Below, piece after piece: positions 55,245 to 64,000 of a DNA stretch of 64,000 nucleotides. Under the pieces are notes generated by a model. The model saw only the letters and a list, made by a program, of their open reading frames with translations. It did not search any database and was not told the DNA's origin. The first letter of the stretch is position 1; each line of letters starts with the position of its first letter. Origin of the DNA: Octopus vulgaris (lineage: Eukaryota); the NCBI GenBank assembly GCA_951406725.2, contig OX597822.1, positions 17,112,001-17,176,000 of the forward strand, in the 5' to 3' direction. A program made the position numbers and the translations under genes.

Positions 55245-55795
55245 GTAGAAGTGGCATGCCAGACAAAATTCTCCATGGCGTTTCATCTGGTGTTATGAGT
55301 TCAAATTTCACTAAGGTTGATTTTGCCTTTTATCTATTCAGGGTTGATAAAATAAGTACCAGTTGAACACTGAGGATTGATGTAACTGACTTACCCTCTC
55401 ACTCAAAATTCTTATTAAGGTGGCGAGCTGGCAGAATCGTTAGCATGTCAGGTGAACTGCTTAGTGGCATTTCGTCCATCATTACATCCTTAGTTCAAAT
55501 TCCACTGAGGTCGACTTTACCTCTCATTCTTTCAGAGTCAATAAAATAAGTACCAGTCATATACTGGAGTCACTGTAATTGAATTACTCCATACCACTCA
55601 AATTGGTGGCCTTCAGCCAAAATTTTAAAATATTTTTATTATTACTATCATGTGCCTCTATGTTCTGAATTTAAATTTTGTCAAGGTCAACTTGGCTTTT
55701 ATCCTTTCAGAGTTGATAACATAAACATAAATACCAGTTGAGTACTGGGGTCAATGTAATTGAAATTGCTCACCATGTACCAAAGTTCAAAAACC
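55245..55795 (+). mobile_element. Three head-to-tail copies of the GCCTTTCATCC-core SINE
   Basis: gagttcaaattt...gttgataaaataagtaccagtt...gatgtaactgac repeated at ~55245-55410, 55417-55630 and 55657-55795. Confidence 0.7.
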
Positions 55796-57483
55796 ATTAT
55801 TATAATTATAATAATAATTATTATCATTATCATAACTGCTATTAAAATAGGGGGTGGGGGTGGATGACAGAATGAAAAGTATGTCAAACAGCCAAATGAT
55901 ATTTATTTACATCCCTAATATTCTTTGCTCCAATCCTATCTGGTCAGTTTGATGTTTCATCTGTCAGTATTTAAGAAAATAAATACAGCAAAGTTTAGGA
56001 GCTTGACTAAATCAAAAACATAACTCTACCACCAAATATGCAGAGTTGTATCAAGAAAACGTTATTATCTTTGAGTGATCATAGAAACAAAGTTAAAGAG
56101 TTAGCATAAAAAGATTGTGTAAATGAATCTAAAGAGAGAGAGATTGTGTTTGAATGAAACTGAGAACTCCAGAACCAGACAAAGTAGGAGAGTGTAATCA
56201 AGAGAAAAAAAGTAAATGTAAGAAGGTAGGTGAGAGAGTTGTGCGTAACATCTTCAATGTGATTCTAATCAATGTAAAACCTAGAATCAGAGGAAATTAG
56301 AGTTGGTCTGCATCACGGAAACTATTGATGCTCTGCATCGGCAAAAACAATAAGTGCATATACGGTGATGAGAGGTAACTTCCGATGTTTCAGACAGAAC
56401 TCTTTTTTAAGCTAATTCAATTAAAGCAGTACAGAAAAATTGCAAAAACCTGAGTCTGAAAATATAATCCTACAAAATTTACAACACAGTGAAATTAATA
56501 ATTTAATAACTAGTGGAGGAGGGGGCAGAGGTGTTTAAAAAACTGATAAAATTGATTGGCACGACATTTTTTATTTTGCTAATTATCAAAAGTGATAAAG
56601 TAATTAAGTTGTTAGAATTAGTGAAAATTATTTTAAATTCTGATAAAATTTTAAAAAAACTACTTGTAAGAGTTTTCTTTTTTCTTTTCCTCCCCACAAA
56701 ACATTTGATGGAGAGATGAAGAATCTCAGGTATTTAGTGAAATTCTAACTGAAACTGTTTCCTCATTGCTAGTCTGAGTTTAAACTGTATGGGTTTACAT
56801 AGACACAAAACATATACAGACACAGACATTGAGTTTATTGTGTTATAGAGGTAACTCAACACTGTCAATTCACAGCCAAAACAATACACAATAGCATTCC
56901 AGACTATTCATAGAGATTCTCAAGAAAACAATTTCAGTGTTGCATTGAAAGCAACAGAGTCTACTAAAGTTTGTTTGTGCAGAAAAGTATCAAAGGTGTT
57001 GAAAGTTTTAGTTATTGAAGGAAATTAATAACAATGTATTCTGTAAAGTGCACTTAAGGCAAACTTAAATGTTTCCCACATATATAGTAATAAGAATATT
57101 AGTATGAAATGAAATCAAATACATTTTCAGAGTCCAGCCAATTTGAGTTAATGGTATCCAGTAAGTTCTTATGCATCTTGATTGAAAGAAACTTTTCTCA
57201 CATGGTACATCTGAAACTCTTAACTCAGCTGTGTGGTTTACTTTTGATGCGAAAATATCACTGTACTTTGAAAGAACATGAAATCACTATAAAGAGTAGG
57301 ATAAAAAGAATTTCTTTAGTGGTCGCATAAAAGTGATGTCTACAGAAGAAAAAAAAAATGTTTTAATGATCAAAGATAAATTTATGGAAAGAAAACAAAA
57401 ATATATTAATCTTTTAAGACACAAAACACAGACTATTTTTAGAATAGGAAATTTCTTATTCCGTCATGTAGTGTTCAAGCATG

Positions 57484-57530
<47 letters not shown>

Positions 57531-57545
57531 TTTTATTTTTATTCT

Positions 57546-57708
57546 TTTATTTACATTAAGGGCATTACTATACATAAATGCCTAACACTAGGAGGGACTC
57601 TTAAAGTCAAAACTACCATAATAAACACATTGTACAATGTGTTTATTATGGTAGAGTCCCTCCTAGCGTGAGGCATTTATGTATAGTAATGCCCTTAATA
57701 TAAATAAA
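57546..57708. repeat. Spacerless 163-bp palindrome (MITE-like)
   Basis: Arms of about 75 bp with 3 mismatches and one 13-nt asymmetric insertion; symmetry centre between 57633 and 57634 (CATTGT|ACAATG). Confidence 0.9.
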
Positions 57709-58130
57709 TTTAAAGGGAAAAATTAATAAATTTTTCCCTTATGAGGTTTTTCACGCTAATTACTTGATAAATTCTTATAAAGATTTTATCCTATTTTTAA
57801 ATTGTGTGTGTGCATATATATATATATATATATACATGTACACACACATGCTCATATGTGTGTGTGTGTGTTTGTGTGTGCATGTGTTTAGTTACAAATG
57901 TAAGGCACAGTACTCAACGCATTCAGTAGAATCTATCTGGAAACAATAGTTGATTAACTCTTTCACTAATCAGGATTTCGTACTAAATGTAATTATTCAG
58001 GCAGTTACATGTAACAACAAACTCTGAGTAGCAATGGAATGAATTCTAAAATATGTGTGAGTGTGTGAGAGAGAGAGGGAGGGGAGAGAGGGGGGAGAGA
58101 AAGAGTGAAGGTGAGACATAGACAGTAGGA

Positions 58131-58203
<73 letters not shown>

Positions 58204-60389
58204 GTCTGAAAATAATTTGTTTCTTAAAAGTTCAATACGTTTGTTATCTTTGCACCATTTACATTTGGCAATAAAAATCTTTTTATGTCAATCTTTCCAG
58301 ACATCACTTCCAAATAAAGAGAAATGGCTTAGAACCAAACATGTAAAACCCAGTCTTCAAGACTGACATTTCATGTTCGACACATCTTATCAATTTCAAT
58401 TCAAATTCTTAGTCCCCTGGATTACAAAATCCTATAATTTTTGATATCTAGAATGTCAACATGATACCCCACCCAACCCACATATACACAGTTGAAAATG
58501 ATTAGAAATATAAAGAATATAGAAAATTATGAAAAATAAAATTTTAAAAAAACCTCAACTAATATAATTTTCTTAAGGTATCAATTCCATTTATCTTCAT
58601 TTTCATGTGGTTTCAGAATTTTAATTTACATATCATATAAAACCAACATCTTAAATTCATAAAAATGAAGAAAAAAAAAATTAACATAATGAATCTTGTG
58701 ATCACAGCTAATTACTGATATTTATGAAGATCCTCAGAATATTTGCACAGCCTGTTTGCTTTGAAGATATGTTCAAAATATTTCTTTAAATTTTCATTCC
58801 TCATCATTGAATTTGAAGAGGTTTTTTTTTTTATATATCATCAGAGTGTCCATATTTTAATGAATTAAAGCAGTATTAAGATTTGAAATTATGTAAATAC
58901 TGAAATCTCCCAGGAGATTGTATAATATAAAACAATAATTCTACATTTGAAAAAGCTGATGAAACAAGGATAATCTATATGGAGCTAGTTGTGAAGTTGG
59001 ATTTAAGGAAACAAACTGTTTGGAAATTTAAGCATCTCTTTGAATCTAATTAAATGATACTGATTTGAAATTTTTAATTTTCAAAATAAGTTTGGTCTCA
59101 AGTTCTTTCAAAGGAAATAGAAATGTGTTATGACTAAATATTAATTTTTTTTTTCATCTTGCTTTTGCTTTATCAATAAAATCAAAGATAAATCTTATTC
59201 TATACTACTTGTGATAATTATTTGATGTTATATACTAATCTTTCAATAAAGCCATATTTCTTTCCTCAAAGAAGCACTGACTTTACCATTAGTCATGTTA
59301 TAGATGTACTTCTAGCTATTCTAAATTATTTTATGTTGCTGTAGAGAGAAAGATGAGAAGAGTTCAAATCCAAAAAAGGTAAAGGAAAAACATAACAATT
59401 TTATAGTCTACTGGACTCCTCTGTCATCGTCTAACATCATTTTAAATGATGGAAATTTGATGGTAAAGCAGGCTTTGCAGAAGCTTTATGGAGAAACTAA
59501 ATTCACTGAAACAAATTCAAATTTATTTCTCATTTCTGTAATTCTTGGATAGCTTGTGACCGACGAAGCAGTAGAAATGCAAAAATGTATTTTTGTGTTA
59601 CATGTAAAGTAATGAAGACAATGAGAGGAAAATGATAAAAAAGGAATCTGATGATCCAAAAGTATTTATTATCTGCTCATATAAGTTTGATAACATGTAG
59701 TGAACCAATAAACTGGAATGAAAGTATACGGACAAAGAACAATTTATCTTACTAAATCATAACTTTTAATTTAGCCTCATATACTAAGTTAGAAATGCTA
59801 AAAATTATTTGTGAAAATTATTATAACAGCGTTAAAAAACCTTTTTAAATGATTTTATCCCTGCAGTTGAGGCCTCTGTGTGAACATGGCTTTTCTCTGC
59901 TGCTTTGGTAAAAGATTATACTTTTGTTATATGAATAAATGTGGAGGATTTATTGAGACACACAAAAATGATTACAAGAGATCCAAATTCTCAGTTGTCA
60001 ATTTGGATTTTGTGATCCTGTAATAAAATAAGAGTCTAAAGACACAATATAAGACGGTCAACAAGAGACGCAATAACAACATCAGCCAAGTCTTATGCAA
60101 TTTATTGGCTGTGTGTGTGTGTGTGTATTTAAGCTCATGTACATGTGTGTTGTGTGTGTGTGAGAAATATCATAAAACTCCATGCATGATATATATTTTT
60201 TTCATTAAAATAATATTAAAATTTAGGGAAGAAAATAGTGAAAGGGGATTTTTTTCCTCACCCACTTTTATTAAAAAGAAGGGAAAAAAACACAATCATC
60301 TAATATTCATTGACAATTTTAGATATTGTTTCCAAATATTAAGCCGTATTAATGTTGCAGCCTTATATTATAGCTGTGTGACCTGAAAC

Positions 60390-60767
60390 ATCAGCAAGTA
60401 CACAAGCTTCTCAATGGTACTGAGATGTGGTCCCTTAGATGAATGTTGAAGAGATAGAGTGGCAAATATCAAAGTCCTTAGACAAGCAGAAACTTCCAGA
60501 AAGCTTCTTGACACCCTAAGAAGACAACAGGTTAAGTTCAGTGGACATCTAATGAGAAGACAAACCTTTGAACATTTAGTAACAATGGTAAAATGAAAAG
60601 GAACAAAAAACCAGGGAAGACACAAAGATAGAAAGAGAGAGAAGACACTTAATGGTTTTATTAACTGGTTACAGAAAGAATAACACAATAACAACCTGTG
60701 TGCAGGACAGGAGGGAATGAAGGTTCATGATTTCCACCATTTCTAGGTGTGGCACTTAAAAAAAAAA
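60390..60767 (+). mobile_element. RTE-clade LINE 3' relic
   Basis: KLLNGTEMWSLR-MLK...VLRQAETSRKLLDTLRRQQVKFSGHLMRRQTFEHLVT...QGR motifs, followed by an A-tail. Confidence 0.65.
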
Positions 60768-61160
60768 GCGATATAGTTTCATCATTGTAATAGCTGTTCA
60801 GTCGGGGGGGGGGGGTTCTTTTCCTTCACTTATCTTGTTACTCAGTCACCTCACAAGTGGTGGCTCCATGCAAAAAAATACTCCCAGTACGCACTGTAAT
60901 ACTGTAATATGGTTTGTTCTAAGGAAGGGAATCCAGCCATAGTAACCATGCCAACAATATTTGACCTTGCTAGAATCATGCAGCACATCAGATCTTGTCA
61001 AATTGGCTAAACCAATGCCAATATAGAAAACAGACATTAAATAATGATGATGATGATGATGAACAAAAAACATAAGCCATGCTGATACACCAAGGCCAGC
61101 CATTCTTTTGTTATCCTCTCCTGCAAGAGGAAATCAAACCTTTTTTCTCTTTTACATCTA

Positions 61161-62029
61161 CACTGAACAACAAAAGAAATGCAGTTTTTTCAAATGCCAT
61201 TTTTTAATGGTAAATTCTGAAAATTTATTTCAGGGATGTAAGTGTAAATATTCCAAGACATGCTGGTTTATGGCTGAGACCAAAATTGCAGGTAACCTTT
61301 CAACTTTCCCTGAAACAAGACACCAAAATGCAGCTGTGTTGAATGCTGTGGGTGGCAGTCGCAGACAATTGCCATGAAAACTGAAATGCACGTGCGTCTC
61401 GGAGGTTATGGGTATAAAAATCAACTTGAACCTCGTGCCTGGCATTCGACATCAAAGCACAGTGTTATGTTGACCAGATCTTAAGATCTCACATCATGCC
61501 CTTCTTCACACATCACCATAGCTACGTGTTCCAACAGGACAGTGCTCCCTCCCACACAGCCAGGCTCACAATAGACTTCCTGCATCAGCACAACATCAGA
61601 ACCATGCCGTGGCTGGCTCTCAACTAGGATTTGAACCCAATTGAACACCTGTGGGATGAAATCTTGAGATGGTTGAACCAGGTGGTCCCAAGGCCAACAA
61701 CTCGTGTGGAACTGGAGGCAGCTTTCCTCAGGGTGTGGGCACAGGTGCCAATGGTTTTTGGGAACTGCCTCATGCACTCCATGTACTGACAGTGTATGGC
61801 TGTTTTGAACACTCAGGGAGGGCAGATACGGTATTGAACATGTCACACCCTATCATCTCGATGTGCTGGATTCACCCACTACCAGAACACGACAACAACC
61901 CATAGACTGTGGTCAAATAGCTTCCAAGAAATTGACTTTATCAAATTTATCAAAATTTTTATCTGACATAATGAAAGTAAAAAATATTTCACAGTCACAC
62001 ATGCCTCATGTTTCTTTTGTGGTTCAGTG
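61161..62029 (+). mobile_element. Internally deleted Tc1-like transposon
   Basis: TIRs CACTGAACAACAAAAGAAA / TTTCTTTTGTGGTTCAGTG with TA TSDs at 61159-61160 and 62030-62031. Catalytic-region relic FQQDSAPSHTARLTIDFLHQHNIRTMPWLALN*DLNPIEHLWDE (DD34E type). Confidence 0.9.
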
Positions 62030-64000
62030 TATTAGGGTTTTTTTTTTGTCTTTGGATTAAGATTCAGTTCATCACCATGATCTAATGTTACATTTGGTTA
62101 CAGCAAAGAATCTTGCAGCTGCTCTGTTACCATTTTAATGCCATACTGAACCATTTCCAGCTGATTAGCTGTGGAATATATAAATTTATAAATAGCCTTC
62201 TATGTCAGGGGTAAAACGAATCTGGACAGTGACCAGCACTATTGTTATTTTTCTTTAACATCAGCAGCATTGAGGAATGTTGTTTCCAATTTGGAATTCC
62301 AGGCAGAAACATTTAGAATTCACAGCTTAAGAAATTCCATTAACACTAGATTGAAAGCTATTCTCAGTAACTTCATCAAAAGAGAGGTGCTGAAACTTAG
62401 TGACATGAGCAAAGCCTATGTGAATGAGCCATCCACATGTCCTAAAATGAAAGGCCTCGCTCAAAGGGCCACTGTAAAAAGTATTTCGACAGAAAACTAC
62501 AGCAATTTCCCAAAAGGAGTCAAAAGAATTTAGAGAAAAAAAATAATGAGTTCCTACATGCGTTTCTTAAAACAAAATGATATAATGCTTCTTGCTATGT
62601 GATATGTTTACAAATTTAGAGCTACTTAAGGCTTAAGCCTGACCAATGTTTCTGAAGCTTAACCAAAATCAATAATACCATTAGCAATGAAATTTTTCAA
62701 CCTTGTACGTAAAGACCACAGCAAACAAACACATAGGGAGACTCAACAAAGTGCATTTCTTAATACACAAAATTCTCCCAAGAAACACTGTTGATTCTCA
62801 AGAAAATTGTTGTAACCTATATCACTACCTGTGATATAGTTTAAGTTGTAATTTCTTTCATTGCCCCACTGTGCAACAGCTGCAGAAAGAGTTTCTCCAT
62901 TTCTTAATAACACAACAACTAAAGATTACAGTAATCTAAAAAAAAAAAAAGCTTAGACAGAAGCCTCTTCTGCAAAACATAAACTGTAATAAGTGGCATT
63001 GAGAACAGTTTGTCTCAAACTAGAAGGCAAAAAAAAAAAAAAGAAAAGACCTTATACAGCAAGAAGAAAAGTTAAACAATTCATTGCATTTTTGATGAAA
63101 GCTATAAGGAAAAATTTAACACATTTTCTCTTTCTTGAAGTATTTATGGGGTTTCATAGTGGTATAATGCAATTGGAATGGTTTTGTATATTGTTGTACC
63201 TTTTTAACAAAGTATTTGGCACCAGTGAGGAAAAAAAAACAACTTTTGGCAGCCCTGGGAACATTTAAGGGATGTGAACTATTAATATATGCTTGCGTGT
63301 GCACACATGTATGTCCAGGTGTGTAGGCTCCGTTGTGACTTCTTTGGACAATGTTACCAATTAAGTTGATATCTCTGTAAGAATATCAGGCAGAGTCTAA
63401 ATATAAATATCATTTCTGCTTTCTTATTGAGGGAAAGATTTGAAATAATCTTACGTCTGTTTTGCAATTTAATTTGATACATTAATATAGAAATTACCCT
63501 AATGTGTCTTTAGTCTACCAGAATAGTCACAAATTAATTAAATCATAATTTTTTCCATTATTTGTTCCTGGAGAAAAGTTCAAAAGCATTTTAGGATATT
63601 AGCTTCCTTCAGGAGTGAATGCCTTTATGGGAAGGCCATATCTTCATGGGGATAGAGAGATTTGTATGTTTCAAGATGTCTATCATAACTATGGTTGTAT
63701 TTTATAATGTTTCAAAACAGTTTCTACAAAGTTCAAAGAGAAAGAGAGAGAGAGAAAGAGAGAGAGAGAGATTAACGCATTAATACACTTCAGGTGATGA
63801 AAGACAGTTGCAACCTTAAAAGTCTATCCAAGATAATAAAACTGCAAGGAATGCTTTACTATCATATTTGGAAAAGGATCCACAGAAATTCAAATAATAC
63901 CATGAATTAAATAAACAAACCAATAATTGAGGAAAACCAGTAAATAGGAGATGGTAAGGAAATATCATTATTAGAGGTTTCATTTATTTATTTTACTCCA

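Noticed and set aside
34663-64000. Upstream RXYLT1 exon ending in ...QWPLGVAT
   Set aside because: A manual scan of candidate Trp-Pro codon sites on the minus strand found no match with a phase-2 donor. It probably lies beyond the window; the scan was not exhaustive.

Overview
AT-rich, microsatellite-dense eukaryotic DNA. The SINE families and (TA)n/(CA)n/(GAT)n load suggest an octopod cephalopod; this is inferred from repeat content only. The one well-supported gene is on the minus strand: the last two coding exons of an RXYLT1/TMEM5 (ribitol-5-phosphate xylosyltransferase) orthologue, 34492-34662 and 10589-11003. They are joined in frame across a ~23.5 kb phase-2 GT-AG intron. No upstream exon was found in the remaining ~29 kb. 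The rest is intronic or intergenic and full of mobile-element relics: several tRNA-derived SINE families with swapped heads and tails, R4/Dong, HERO-like and RTE LINE fragments, and mariner, Tc1 and hAT derivatives. Almost all entries in the ORF track are microsatellite or repeat artefacts. The most interesting signals are structured RNA modules inside short retroposons: (1) a TSD-flanked, tRNA-like-headed element carrying a Penelope-type minimal hammerhead ribozyme (16140-16421); (2) a tandem array of ~65-bp units each predicted to fold into an H-type pseudoknot (33383-33683); (3) a tRNA-Lys(UUU)-derived head with an intron-like anticodon-loop insert; (4) a spacerless 163-bp palindrome. Element boundaries without TSD or TIR evidence are approximate.
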